Shown here in pieces: positions 1-14,563 of a stretch of DNA of 64,000 nt. Source of the stretch: Heterodontus francisci. Its lineage: Eukaryota. A model generated the notes under the pieces. The model did not search any database. It was not told where the DNA came from and worked only from the letters and a program-made list of their open reading frames with translations. Made by a program: the position numbers and the translations under genes. Every line of letters starts with the position of its first letter. The stretch's first letter is position 1. The DNA lies in NCBI RefSeq assembly GCF_036365525.1, contig NW_027141852.1, forward strand, positions 20,832,001 to 20,896,000, written 5' to 3'.

Positions 1-810
<810 letters not shown>

Positions 811-2042
811 GTCTCGTTCCCCTCTGTCTCTCTTGACTAATACATGGCACGGGTAGTATTTCAGAAAGTACTGCAATGGAGGGAGTGCTGGAGACTCCAG
901 GCCAATCCTGGAGGGATGGGGGAAATATCTTTAGAAATTCCCTGGAGAGAATCGTGATATGACAGGTCTCCAGGGACAGACCAAGGAGAGAGTGTGGACA
1001 TTGAATGGAAACATGGCAAAAAGAGTTGGGGATTCAGGAACACAATCCTCACTGATACGTTACAGCCTCCCCTCTGCTCCTGCTCTTAACGAGACACTTT
1101 TCCAGTTTAAATTTATGGACAAGGTGGGTTAGTTACTCTCAGGGTGGGTGGGGGGAGAGGAGCCTCAGTGGCCATGGGTGGGACAGGGAAAATGGAGACA
1201 GAGAACCAGGACTCCGGTCACTCCCCAGCGATGTCTGCTGGAAAGTATCTGTGGATCGGATGATGCCGGGGTCCCATGGAGAGGGGAAGGGGGTGGGGTG
1301 ATGGAGTGAGGAGGTGGAGAGGGAGTGTTCGTGGTGTCACAGCCAACCCCCTGCCCAAACCAATCTCCCACATCCCAGCATTATATTGTCCAATTCCTGG
1401 AGGCGGAGGATGGCGATTCCCGTTGGATTAATTTCTAATGTTCGCCATCTTATCCTGATAAAATCACCAGTTCTGAAGGAGGCCATTCTGTACTTATTCT
1501 GAGGTCATCGAGGGGTCATCTTTCCCTTTTCAGCTCCTGACTGCTGGTATTTGTGCTGTTAAATGTGAAATGCAACGTATGTTCGCAGCTGTTTCTGCCC
1601 TGTTGCAGCCATAGGAACATAGAAATGTGGGTCGGCCATTCAGCCCCTCGAGCCTGCTGCACCTTTCAATTAGATCCTGGCTCACCTGTATCTTAACTCC
1701 AGCTACCTGCTGTGATTTCATAAACCCTCAGACCATCACTGGATAAACATCTCTCAATCTCAGGTTGGAAATTGTCAATTGACCCTCTGGTTTATCTTAT
1801 TTTTCGGAGAGAATTCCAGGTTCCCGCTCCACATTGTGTGAAAAAGTGCTTCCCGGCAATATTCCTGAAAGGCAGAACTCTAATTTTTGAGTTCTCTCCC
1901 TTTGTTGTGGAACTGCTTGTTTACAGATCTGACCGAAGTCCACACTGCAGAACAAACAGCTGTTTCTCTGATCCTATCACTTCAGCTTTGGATTTGAAGC
2001 TCATGCCTCTTTCCATGATGATTCTTTGTGCCCTATCTCTGT

Positions 2043-2526
2043 AAATGGTTATGCCTGTCTTTTTCTGGGGTATGTCAAACATTCTTTTTTCCAGTCCTAC
2101 TCAGGACCCCACCCCCAGCTCTTTTTCCGGTACAATGATGACTGGATCAGTGTCATTTCCTGCTCCCGCTCCGAACTGGAAAATTTCATCAACTTCGTTT
2201 CCGATTTCCCCCTCACTGTGGTTGACAGGGCTCTCAACCCTTTTTATTATTTTATTTTATCTTTTTTTTTTAACCATGTGCCTGCCTTGAACTTGGTTTT
2301 TCAAGTATGTGCTTTTGGACAGAACTATTGATTATTCTGTCATTAACACTCTCTCTGCACTAATATTTTGTCTTTCACTACACCATTAGCACACTCCCTT
2401 TGCCTTTGCCCCATGACCTCCTTGTCAGTTAATCTCTCCTGCCCTCTGCCCGATTACACACCTTCCCTTTTCTTCTCTTCCCCACCTCCCCCCACCCCCG
2501 CTTCACTTGCTTAAAACCTATTACAT
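2043..2526 (+). mobile_element. Penelope-like element, internally deleted remnant
   Basis: GYACLFLGYVKHSFFQSY...FRYNDD RT-like stretch joined to PLTVVDRALN, which matches the Penelope ORF at 45287-46033, followed by a matching 3' region. Confidence 0.7.
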
Positions 2527-3970
2527 TGAGTGTGGGACAAATTCAATCCATCTTTTGTACTGTATGAGATTAATTTTGACACACTTTCTGGTACGTTATG
2601 TGACAGCGAGTATAATTCTACATCTATCTGTCTGTGGTACTGTGTCTGAGTGTGAGATTATTTCAATGTCAGTCTATGAAACTAAATGTGATTGTTTGAT
2701 TCATTCTGTATGTCAATCATGAGTATTGTATGTGAATGTGTGGCAGCTTCTGTATCTATCTGCTACTGTGGGTGAATATGGATATCATTCGGTATCTGTC
2801 AGTGTCCAGAACTAAATGTGAGTGTGAGATTCATTGTGTATGCATCAATCTTACAGTCAGAATGTGACTGTATGGTTCATTCTCTATGCGTCAGTCTAAG
2901 GTACTATATATGCCAGTGGTTTTAATTATGTGTCTGTCATTGTATGTGAGTCATTTTATGGTCTCACTGTATATCTGTCAATCTCTGGTTCTTTCTGTGA
3001 GAGTGAGATTAATTCTCTATCTGATGGTCTCTGAAGTTAATTGATTTTGTGACTTACTCTGTGCCTGTCAGTCTATGATACTGTGAATAAGAGGGGAATA
3101 TATATGGTGTCTGTCTGAACTTGGTATCGAGTATGATTGTAGGATTCATTGTGCATCTATCAGTATCCAGACTGAATGAGAAATAAGGTTCATTCTGTGC
3201 GTGAAAATCTCTGGTATTCTAGCCACGTGAACTCGAATGTGCCTGTCAGTCTTTGACACTGTATCTGATTATGGGATTGACTCAATACCTTTCAGACTTT
3301 GGTACTATGCATATGTGTGGTTCAAGTTCTGCATGTCAGTCTCTGTTACTCCATGTGAGTGTCGATATCCTTTATGTATCTGTCAGTCTCTCGCAATGAA
3401 TGCAAGTGTGGGATTAACTCTCTTTTCAACAGTATCTGGTACTGACTGTGAGCATGTGACTCCTACAGTATCTGTCAGTGTTTTCTATTGTATGTGAATG
3501 TGCAATTCCTCCTATGTCTTTCAGTGCCTAGTACAGTGTGTATGGGATTCATTCTGTACCTGTCAGTATCTGGTACTGAATGAGATTGTGGGATTCATTC
3601 TGTTGTCTGTCAATCTCTGCTAATGTACGTGAGTGATATCTGTTATGCATATATTATTTTCTGGTACTGGAAGTGTATATTGTATTTATTCTTTACTTGT
3701 TAGCCTCTGGTACTACGTATGAGTGTGGGTCTCATTCTGTATCAGTCAGTTTCTGGTACAGTCTGCGTGTGCATATCCACGGCTCATTTTGCATTTGGCA
3801 GTCTCTGGTACGAAATATGCGTTACAATTCATTTTTTATGTGTCTGTCTATTGGACAGTCCATTACAGTGGGATTAATTTTGTACCTCTCAGCTGCTGGT
3901 TATGTCTGCAAGTGTACATTCTGTATCTATGTGACGCTGGTGCTGTATGAGTGTGGAATTCTTCTGTACC
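2527..3970 (-). repeat. Degenerate ~46-bp minisatellite (tctgtcagtctctggtactg family)
   Basis: Recurring tgtgggattcattctgtatctgtcagtctctggtact-like units; reverse complement of the array at 39950-40720. Confidence 0.7.
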
Positions 3971-5121
3971 TGTACTTAATATGTATCTACGGGATGGTAT
4001 TGAGAACTATTTGTTTAATGCCATAATGTATCACCATTTTCTTGTCTCACTAGTATTTTAAAATATAGATCACTGCACATTTTAACTGTGTGTATTACTG
4101 AGTTGTGGTTTGAGCTTTTTGGACTAGTCTTCAGTCTGTAACTGTATGAACACATTTGTGAATGACAACATATATTTCAAACTCACACATGGCATGCTCA
4201 GTATAATCAGAATCATTCAATTGATAAGATATCATTCAGTACAGCTCTTGGAGAGATTATTGGATTGGTATGTAATGTGCAGTGCAGTATGCACTAATTG
4301 ACATAATACTGTAACTTTCCTTTTGATACTGTATCAGATGTTTGTACTACATTGTAATATGTCACTCAGTCTGCAGTCTGGGCTACATTATTCGGATTCA
4401 TTCTGTACCTTTCCATCAGCTGCTCTACCTCATATTTAATTTGTAGCTTAGGGTGCACTCTTGTGGGATTGATCCGGTGCTTTTCAATATGATAGTGGGT
4501 GTGATTTTGAACTAAGATTGATGTACCTAGCTTTCAGCAGTACTGAGTTGGGGTGAGTTGGAAACAACTTCTGCCTCTCCTGCTTTGTTTGATTGTCTGC
4601 TGGATTGAAAATGTGTCTCTGGAACTTGGGATCAGTGTGAGCCTGACTGCTTCTGCTCTCTGTGACTGTGGAACTCATGGCCTGTCTGTGTCTCTGAGCT
4701 CTGGGAGTGATAATGTACCTACTCTGTGTTAGAAGGAGTGGACTGTACATATCCTTGTGCCGGGGAATCATCACAATCCTTCTGGTTCCTTCAAGTATTT
4801 GCTGACAGAAAGAAAGAAAAATATCTCTTGTAACTCAAGATCAATTGAGGTGGAAGCTCGAAAAGACATGAATATACTATTTCAATTAATAATCATTATG
4901 ACCAACCACAAAGGATGATCAGTAATACAAAGAGTGTCAGTGTCTGATTCCACTGCAGCACTCAGCTTCTGCTGATCAGGTTTTCTTTGGTAGTTTTATA
5001 ACAATTTAGTGGCAGCCAGGAACAACCCAACATCTGCACTGCTCCATGAATGGGAATACCTGCTGGAGCAGGGATATTTGCACAAGTCAAGTTTTTAATT
5101 CCACCTGGCATTATAATGCAA

Positions 5122-6745
5122 GAACATAATAACTAGGAGCAGGATTAGGCCATTCCGCCACTCGAGTCTGTTCCACCATTTAATAAGATCATGGCAGATC
5201 TGATCATCGTCTCAACTCCACTATCCTGCCTGTCCCAATAACACTTCACTCCCTTGTAAATCAAAAGTCAGTCTAACGCAGCCTTGAATATATTCAATGA
5301 CCAGCTTCCACCATCCTCTTGGGTAGAGAATTCCAAAGAACAACAACCCTTTGAGAGAAGAAATTCCTCTTCAATTCCATCGAAAATGGGTGCCCCCTTA
5401 TGTTGAAACTGTTCCCCCTAGTTCTTGATTCCCTCATGAGGGGAAACATCATCTCAGTAAATACCCTGTCAAGCCCCTTCAGTATCGTATATGTTTCATA
5501 AGATCACCTCTCATTCTTCTAAACTCCAATGAGTGTAGCACAACCAGGTCAAACGTTCCTCATAAGACAACATCTTCATCCCTGGAATCAACCTAGTGAT
5601 GTTTGCCTGAACTACCTCCAATGCAAGTATTTTCCTCCTTAAATAAGGAGACCAAAACTGTATACACACTCAAGGTGTGGTCTCACCAACACGCTGTACA
5701 GTTGGAGCAAGACTTCCCTACATTTCTACTCCATCCCCATTGCAATAAAGGCCAAAATTCCAATAGCCTTCCTAATTACTTGCTGTACTTCCATGCTAAC
5801 TTTTTGTGATTCATATAAGAGGACACCCAGATCCCTCTATGCCACAGCATTCTGCAGTCTCTCCTTATTTAAATAATATTCTTCTTTTCTCTACATCATA
5901 CCAAAGTGGATAACCTCACATTTTCCCACATTATACTTAAAATGCCAATTTTTTCCCACACACTTAACTTGTCTTTATCTCTTTGCAGACTCATTGTGTC
6001 CTCCGCACAACTTGCTTTCACACCTTTCTTTGTATCAACAGCAAATTTAGTTACAATACACTCGATCCCTTCATCCAAATCATTAATATAGACTGGAAGT
6101 AGTTGAGGCCCCAACACTGATCCCTGTGGCACTCTACGAGTTCCAGTTTGCAAACCTGAAAATGACACATTTATCCTAATTCTCTGTTTCTTGTTAGTAA
6201 GCATGTACCAGCGACCTGGGTTCGATTCTGGGTACTACCTGTGCAGAGTTTGCAAGTTTTCCCTGTGACCGCGTGGGTTTTCGCAGGGTGCTCCGGTTTC
6301 CTCCCACAGCAAAAGACTTGCAGGTTGATAGGTAAATTGGCCGTTATTAATTGCCCCTAGTATAGCTAGGTGGTAGGGGAATTGAGGGAAGTTGGGGATG
6401 TGAGAGGGTAATGGGATTAATGTAGGATTTGTATAAATGGGTGGTTGATGGTCAGCACAGACTCGGTGGCTGAAGGGCCTGTTTCAGTACTGTATCTCTA
6501 AATAAATAAAATAAACAATATATTACCCGTTAACACCACGAGCTCTTACCTTGTGTAGTAACATTTTGCATGGCACTTTGGCGAATGCCTTTTCAAAATA
6601 CAACTACACGACATCGACTGGTTCCCCTTCAGTTACCCTGCTTCTTACATCCTCAAAGAACGCTAATAATGTTGGCAAACTTGATTTCCTTTTCATAAAT
6701 CCATGTTGACTCTGCATGATTGTATTATAATTTTCTAAATGTTCT
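5122..6745 (-). mobile_element. CR1 LINE, 3' part (old); interrupted by a SINE; continues at 8545-8965
   Basis: VPQGSVLGPQL...YINDLD...KFAVDTK RT remnant and CR1 3' tail. Confidence 0.85.
6209..6514 (+). mobile_element. tRNA-derived SINE with CR1-like 3' tail (HE1-like shark SINE)
   Basis: B-box GGTTCGATT, body gtgggttttc...ctccggtttcctcccaca, tail gaagggcctgtttcagt...tgtatctctaaataaa. Confidence 0.8.
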
Positions 6746-8542
6746 ACAGATTGGAGGGTGGCAAATGTAACCTCACTATTTAAAAAAGGAGGGAGAGAAA
6801 AAACAGGGAATTACGGACCAGTTAGCCATACATCAGTAGTGGGTAAAGTGCGAGAGTCTATTATAAAGGATGTGGTAGCAGAACACCTGGAAAGCATAAA
6901 CGGGTTTGGACAAAGACAGCATGGGTTAACGAAAGGGAAATCTTGCTTAACAAATCTACTGGAGCTTTTTGAGGATGGAACTAGTAGAATAGATAAAGGA
7001 GAACCAGGGGATGTGTTGTATCTGGATTTTAAGAAGGCTTTTAATAAGGTCCCACATAAGAGGTTCGTGTGCAAAATTAAAGCAGATGGGATTGGGGGTA
7101 ATATACTGGCATTGATTGAGAATTGGTTGACAAACAGGAAACAGAGAGTAGGAATAAACGGGCCTTTTGCCAGGTGGCAGGCAGTGAAGTGTGGCGTACT
7201 ACAGGGATCAGTGCCTGGGCCCCAGCTATTCACAATATATATTAATGACTTGGGTGAGGGAACATTTCCAGGTTTGCAGACGACACAAAGCTGGGGAGGA
7301 AACTGAGTTGTGAGGAGTATGCAAAGAGGCTCCAATGTGATTTGGACAAGTTGGGTGAGTGGGCAAATGCATGGCAGATGCAGTATAACTTGGATAAATG
7401 TGAGGTTATTCACTTCGGTTGTAAAAACAGAAAGGCAGATTATTATCTGAATGGTGACAGATTGGGAAAGGGGGAGGTGCAAAGAGACCTGGGTGTCCTT
7501 GTACACCAGTCGCTGAAAGCAAATATTCAGGTGCAGCAAGCAGTTAGGAAGGCAAATGGTATGTTGGCCTTCATTGCAAGCGGATTTGAGTACAGGAGCA
7601 AGGAAGTCTTACTCCAGTTATACAGGGTTTTGGTGAGAGCACATCTGGAGTATTGTGTGCAGTTTTGGTCTCCTTATCTGAGGAAGGATGTTCTTGCCAT
7701 GGAGGGAGTGCAAAGAAGATTTACCAGGCTGATTCCTGGGATGGCAGGATTGACAATGAGGAGCGATTGGGTTGACTAGGCCTATACTCACTAGAGTTTA
7801 GAACAATGAGAGGGAATCTCATAGAAACCTATAAAATTCTAACAGCACTAGTCAGGCTATATGCAGGGAGGATGTTCCTGATGGCTGGGGAGTCCAGAAT
7901 CAGGGGTCACGGTCTCAGGATATGGGTATGCCATTTAGAACCGAGATGAGGAGAAATTTCTTCACTCAGAGGGTGATGAACTTGTGGAATTCTCTACAAA
8001 GAAAATTACAGCACAGGAACAGGCCCTTCGGCCCTCCAAGCCTGCGCCGATCCAGATCCTCCATCTAAACATGTCGCCTATTTTCTAAGGGTCTGTATCT
8101 CTTTGCTTCCTGCCCATTCATGTATCTGTCTAGATACATCTTAAAAGACGCTATCGTGTCCACGTCTACCACCTCCACTGGCAACGTGTTCCAGGCACCC
8201 ACCACCCTCTACGTAAAGAACTTTCCACGCATATCCCCCTAAACTTTTCCCCTCTCACTTTGAACTCATGACCCCTAATAATTGAATCTCCCACTCTGGG
8301 AAAAAGCTTCTTGCTATCCACCCTGTCTATACCTCTCATGATTTTGTACTGCAGAAGGCAGTGGAGGCCAAGTCATTAAATATATTCAAGAAGGAGATAG
8401 ATATATTTCTTAATGCAAAAGGGATCAAGGGATATGGGGAGAAAGCGGGAAGAGGGTACTGAATTATACGATCAGACTTGATCATTTTTGAATGGCAGAG
8501 CAGGGCCGAATGGCCTACTCCTGCTCCAATTTTTCTATGTTT
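6746..8542 (+). mobile_element. CR1 LINE, 5'-truncated, inserted antisense into an older CR1
   Basis: ORFs 6758-7306 and 7342-7779 are CR1 RT (QHGLTKGKSCLTNL, YLDFKKAFNKVPH, HLEYCVQFWSP). Confidence 0.9.
7997..8349 (-). mobile_element. Young CR1 3' fragment nested in the CR1 above
   Basis: cagcacaggaacaggcccttcggccctccaagcctgcgccgatc end, similar to 58705-59392. Confidence 0.8.
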
Positions 8543-8544
8543 TC

Positions 8545-8965
8545 TGCGATGACTGACTTAATCATTGGTTCCAGCATCTTCTCAATGGCAGACATTAGGC
8601 TAACAGGCCTATCGTTGCCTGCTTTCTCTTTACTGCTTTCTTGAACAGGGACATTACATTTGCAGTTTAATATCCACTGGAACTGTTGCAGGATCTAGGG
8701 AATTTAAGAAGATTACAACCAATGCATCCACTATCTATGCAGACACTTCTTTTAAACCTTAGAATGTAAGCCATCAGATCCAGGGGACTTGTCTACCTTT
8801 AGTCCCATTAGTTTTCTAAAAACATGTTTTTCTCGCGTTGGTGATGTTTTAAGTTCCCCCCTCCTTACTCCCCTTGATTTTCTACTATTCTTGGGATGTT
8901 TTTTGTGTCTACTTCTGTGAAGACAGCTGAAAAATTCTTGTTCAGAGTATCTGCCATTTCCTTGC
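8545..8965 (-). mobile_element. Continuation of the older minus-strand CR1
   Basis: KLMGLKVDKSPGSDGLHSKV CR1 ORF2 motif. Confidence 0.75.
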
Positions 8966-9270
8966 TTCTCTTGGATCAATCGTTCAACGGAAACCGACAG
9001 CTGCTGTTTAAAATGTTTCCTTGACACTACTCACCTGGCGCCAGCAATAGGTGTTGTTTGCATAACTGTCCCCATCCCTACTGTCTGGCTCTGTTCCCTC
9101 TATTCACTGCTCAATAACAACACAGTGTGAAACTGGAGCTAAACCATGAACATGCATTACAGGTTTGAGGAGAGAAAACAACAATGATTTTCAACAGCAG
9201 CTTCTTCCTGCTCTGTCTCCGTTACCTTGTCCACAAACAGCCTGAGAAAGGCTTCTCCTTCCGCGCTCAC

Positions 9271-9526
9271 TCCATGTTCCTGCTCCACTCCGCCTCTTAC
9301 AAACAGCCCCCAACTCCCCCTGAACTTGCTCCGTCGTCAATGCTGATCTCTGAGCCCCTCTGCGGAAGGGCTCTCAAAGCAATGTGCTGCTGGAAGGAGA
9401 CTGCTGTTTACTCACTTACCCCGGGGCTCTAAGTCTCCATTCCCGTCTGTTTCAAACAAACTTCTTCCGCTCACTAATTAAATGACGCAGAAGGACACGG
9501 CTGGAGGAGGCGCATCGCGCATGCGC
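9271..9526 (-). promoter_or_regulatory. TATA-less promoter and putative first exon of an unidentified gene family
   Basis: NRF1 palindrome GCGCATGCGC at 9517-9526, ETS-like GCGGAAG, GTGAG donor at 9270; paralogues at 22323-22545 (+) and 36550-36778 (-). Confidence 0.5.
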
Positions 9527-9564
9527 TTCTTTCCCCACTCATTTACAAAAAAAAGTAAATTGGA

Positions 9565-9705
9565 ATAAAAGCAAAATTCTGCGGATGCTGGAAATCTGAA
9601 ATAAAAACAAGAAATGCTGGAACCACTCAGCAGGTCTGGCAGTATCTGTGAAAAGTGAAGCAGAGTTAACGTTTCGGGTCAGTGACCCTTCATCGGAACT
9701 GACAA
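9565..9705 (-). mobile_element. Penelope terminal-repeat fragment with hammerhead-like motif
   Basis: Near-identical to the Penelope end at 44822-44925; rc AGTT-CCGATGA-A-GGGTC-ACT-GACCC-GAAAC-GTT-AACT. Confidence 0.7.
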
Positions 9706-10720
9706 AAATAAACTGGAACTTTCCCCAGTTCAGTTTTCTCCGAGTTTGAGCAAAGGAACTGGGGCTGTGGGGAAAGGTCAGAAAACGTTTCAAGCTGGGG
9801 GATTCCCCCTTTCTGAAGCTCAGTTTGAGATCATTCCCTGCAGTGTGTTTGCTCTTCATTCACCCGTCTTCTCAAAGCAATTCTCCGAGAGAGTCGCTGT
9901 GTTTGCTGCGATCGCGCAGGAGTTAATATCTGACAGTAACAGTCCCAGATTAATGTCATCACATTGAAACTGTCCTTCACTGACAGTCATATCGAACGGT
10001 GTGAGCTGAGATTTCAGAGATCAACAGGGCCAAGAGCGTTAAATTTGGAACATTGTTCACCTCACTCTCTAACTTTTACCCAGAGTCTAGGAATAATAAT
10101 GTGTCTGTTTCTGATACAATGTCAGTTAGAGATGAGACTGCACCGTCTGACTCCCACGGATCTTTCAAGATAAAATGAGGCTTCCAGGTCAGCCTGTAAC
10201 TGCTGATGGGGATCTCTCTCTCTCTCTCTCTCACTTATTCACTTTCAGCTCTGTCTCTAGTGCTCCATAAAAACGTGGGATCCAGTTATTGGGTGTGATA
10301 TGGACACACTAATAGAAAATGCACTATTGACACTCCCTCTCTAATGCTGTACATATGTTTGGGATACCATTATTTAGGATGATATGTATGCACTTTATTG
10401 TGTTACTAATACTGTCTCTGATGATACATAAGAATGTGTAATACAGTGTGATATGGACACACTGTTACGAATGGTCGGACTGATTCTCTCTCTCTCTGTG
10501 GTGCTGTATATGAAAAGGGGATGATGTTAGTGAGCATGATAGAATCATAGAATCATAGAAGGTTTAAGGCAGAGAAAGAGACCACTTGGCCCATCATCGT
10601 ATGCGGCAGCCGAAAAACAGTGAACGTAAAGGAATGGCAGGGGGGCTTCAACCTCGAGAGTCCACCTCCTGTGCTATGTGGGAGCTCCTGGATGCTTCCC
10701 GTGTCCTGGAGAACCATTTG

Positions 10721-13700
10721 GCGGTCATCACCTCGTAGCAGATGTTATGTACAACAACACTCCGCTCTCGTTGATTGACGTCTATGCCCCGGTTCAATGC
10801 AGCGAGCAGCTGACCGTCTTCCAGCATCTCCCACTGCTGCTGGCGACATCCAGGCCGGTCATCCTAGGCGGTGACTTCAAAGGCATCATCGATGCACCTG
10901 GATGATCCGGCAGAGACGACAGCAAACTGGATGCTATGTCCAGATCCTTAATAGAAACAGTAAAAGATGCCAAACTGCACGACGTCTTCAGCAAACCTGC
11001 AGACAGAGCGCAGCATAGATACACATGGTCAAGAACGGACGGGTCTGCCCATTCCAGGATTGACTTCCTATTTGTGTCCCGTGTTTTCACGGTCAGATCC
11101 ACCGACGTCAAGCCGGTGTTCTTCTCCAAGCATTGCCTTTTACTGGCTGACTTTCACTTACAGGATGACCAGCGGGTTGGCAGGGGGACTTGGAAGCTCA
11201 ATGCTACACTGCTAACCCCAGAGAATGTTGAGGAACTCAAAAGGGATTACAAAGGTTGGAGGACCGTGAAACCCCACCTTTGAGTCTCCAGTTCAGTGGT
11301 GGGAAGCGATCAAGGAGAACATCAAGAGGTTCTTTATCTTCAAAGGGGTTCAGAGGGCGAGAGAGATAGACAAATGGAAATGTCACGACTCCAGAAAAAT
11401 ATGCAAAATCTGCTCTGGCTTCAGTCGATGGGGGTCAAGGTCAAGGAGGACCTTCATGAGGTGAAGAGCCAGCAGGCCTCGCTCTTTGCCACGGAGGCCT
11501 ACAAGATCATCTTCCAGTCCAGAGTCCGCTCCATTGAGCTGGATGAGATGTGCTTGTGTTACTTCTTCTAAAAGGTACACAGAGAGAGCTCTGTTATCAG
11601 CAGCCTGCAGGAAGAGGATGGCTCGGTAATGTCTTCGCAGTCCGACATACTAAGGATCAGCAAATCCTTTTGTGCTGGGCTGTATGACGCGAAGCCCACA
11701 GACAGCAGAGCCTCCCAGTCCTTACTGTCATCTATCACAGAGGTCTTAGATGACAGCAGGAGGGAGAGACTGGACAAACCGCTAATTCTGGATGAGCTGA
11801 CTAAGGCCATCAAATCCTTCGAGATAAGTAAAACTCCTGGAAGCGACGGCTTACCGGTTGAGTTGCATTTGGTCCTGTGGGACTGGGTCGGCCAGGACCT
11901 GCTGGAAGTATACGACAGTATGCTCCTAGCCGGCAGCATGTCAGAATCCATGAGGAAAGGCATCATCACCCTCATCTACAAGGGGAAGGGGGAGAGGGCA
12001 GAAATCAGAAATTGGCGGCCCATCTCACTGCTTAATGTAGACTACAAGATACTGTCAAAAGTCATAGCCAGTCGAGTCAAGTCTGCTTTGGAGTTGGTGA
12101 TCCACCCTGATCAGACCTGTACTTTACCCACTCAGGGATACGATCACCCACATTCGGGACAGGAGGGTGGACACCTGCCTCATCAGCCTGGACCAGGAGA
12201 AGGCTTTTGACAGGATATCGCACACCTACATGATGGACGTACTTTCGAAAATGGGGTTTGGGGAGGGAATCTGCAATTGGATCAAACTGCTCTACACAAA
12301 CATCAGTAGCACAGTCTCAATCAATGGGTGGGAATCAGAAAGTTTCCCAATCCAATCTGGAGTCAGACAGGGTTGTCCTCTCTCCCCTGTCTTGTTTATT
12401 TGCTGTATTGAACCCTTTGCCGAGTCTATTAGGAAGGATGCGAGCATAAGAGGGGTGACAATCCCAGACAGTGGAGGCACTCAGGTTAAAACCTCCCTGG
12501 ACATGGATGACGTCGCAGCCTTCTGCTCGAACCCGCTGTCTGTGTGCAGACTGATGAGCATCTGCGACCAGTTCGCACTGGCCTTGGGAGCCAAAGTTAA
12601 CCACGGCAAGAGACAGGCCATGTTCTTTGGGAACTGGGCTGACCGATCCTTTGTACCCTTCACCGTCAGGTCAGACTACCTGAAGGTGCTGGGGATATGG
12701 TTCTGAAGGGCCGCGGCATGCACCAAAACCTGGAAGGAGCGAGTAGCCAGGGTACAACACAAGCTGAGCATGTGGGAGCAGCAACTCTCTCCATTATGGG
12801 TAAGAACCTGGTCCTCAGGTGCGAGGAGCTCACGTTGTTGCTGTAAGTGGCACAGGTCTGGCCCATACCCCATTCCTGCGCTGTGGCGATCACCCGAGTC
12901 ATTTTCCGCTTCATCTCTGGATCCAAAATGGACCGGGTCCAAAGGGACATGATGTTCAAACCTCTGGATAAGGGTGGGCATAATGTACCCAATATCACCC
13001 TCATCCTGATGACTACCTTCGTGTGCGGCTGCATCAAGCTGGGTGCAGATCCCCAATACGCCAACACCAAGTGTCACTACGTGCTGAGATTCCATCTGTC
13101 CCCAGTGTTGTGAAGGAAGGACCTGGTCGCATTGCCGTGGAACGCTCCATCTAGTTGGACTGTGCCGTACCACCAATCATTCGTGGAACAGTTTCTGCGG
13201 AAAACACCTTTGACCACCAATCCATCAGGCAGTGGTCTGCACGGAATGTCCTCAAGGCCCTACGGGAAAAGGAGATGGTGGAAACTGTCGGATGGTTACC
13301 CGAGCAGACTGCCAAATCATTTGGCGGAATGCCTCATCACCAGAACTTTCCAACAAGCACCAAGGTGTAGCTTGGCTGGTGGTGAGAAGAGCCCTCCCCG
13401 TCAGATCCTTCCTGCACGCCCGAAGTCTCACCCCCTCCGCACAATGCCCTCGAAGTGTCTGCGGTGGGGATGAGATGGTTGCCCAGCTTCTTCTGGAATG
13501 TGTCTTTGCAAAGCAGGTGTGGAAAGAGATGCATTGGTTTTGTCGAGGTTCATCCCAAGCAGCTCTGCAACACAGGAGTCTGTGCTCTACGGGCTGTCCC
13601 AAGGGACACACACCGAGATAACCACAACTGCTGCTGGAGGACTATCAATTCGGTGAAAGACACTCTTTGGTCTGCCCAAAACTTGGTGGTCTTCCAGCGC

Positions 13701-14088
13701 AAAGAGTTGTCCACCACCGAATGTTGCAGACTGGCACATTCGAAGGTCCAGGACTACGTGTTGAGGGACGCACTAAAGCTTGGGGCAGCCACAGCAAAGG
13801 CTCAATGGGGAAAGACCACCATGTAAGCTCCCCCCACCAAGCTGAACTGAGGGGCTGGATCCATGGAAAACCCCCACAAACTGTAGCGGAAAAATTTTCG
13901 TTTGCCATAAAATGTATATGGCATGAAAAATGAAATGGAAGGGTTGTGAGGCAACTCACTCCTGCATTGAAGGAAACTGACCTCCTTTGCACTGTTTGTA
14001 TTTTGTGACTTGGTGCTGTTTGGAACTGTTTTGCAATGTATTTTTTACAGATCTTTATGAATAAAGTATATTTTGGAAATAAAAAAAA
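10721..14088 (+). mobile_element. Tx1-clade non-LTR retrotransposon, 5'-truncated, ORF2 disrupted; TSD CATTTG
   Basis: Fragmented ORFs match ORF2 at 47764-51171; ends ATGAATAAAGTATATTTTGGAAAT plus A-tail; CATTTG at 10715-10720 and 14089-14094. Confidence 0.92.
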
Positions 14089-14221
14089 CATTTGTGCAAG
14101 TAAGTGTTGTCAATTGCGGCTGCTTGAGCTCTGGGCTTGCAACTTGAGCAGCAGCTGGAGACACTGCTGTGCATTCATGAGGAGAGTTACATGGAAAGCA
14201 TGTTCATGATTGGAGAGAGAT

Positions 14222-14563
14222 TCGAGAAACAGCACTGAAACAGGCCCTTCGGCCCACCGAGTCTGTGCCGAACATCAACCACCCATTTATACTAATCCTA
14301 CGCTAATCCCATATTTCTACCAAACATCCCCACCTGTCCCTACATTCCCTACCACCTACCTATACTAGTGACAATTTATAATGGCCAATTTACCTATCAA
14401 CCTGCAAGTCTTTTGGCTTGTGGGAGGAAACCGGAGCACCCGGAGAAAACCCACGCAGACACAGGGAGAACTTGCAAACTCCACACAGGCAGTACCCGGA
14501 ATCGAACCAGGGTCCCTGGAGCTGTTAGGCTGCGGTGCTAACCACTGCGCCACTGTGCCGCCC
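14222..14563 (-). mobile_element. Full-length tRNA-CR1 SINE
   Basis: rc GGGCGGCACAGTGGCGCAGTGGTTAGCACC (A-box)...GGTTCGATTCC (B-box)...CR1-like tail. Confidence 0.85.
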
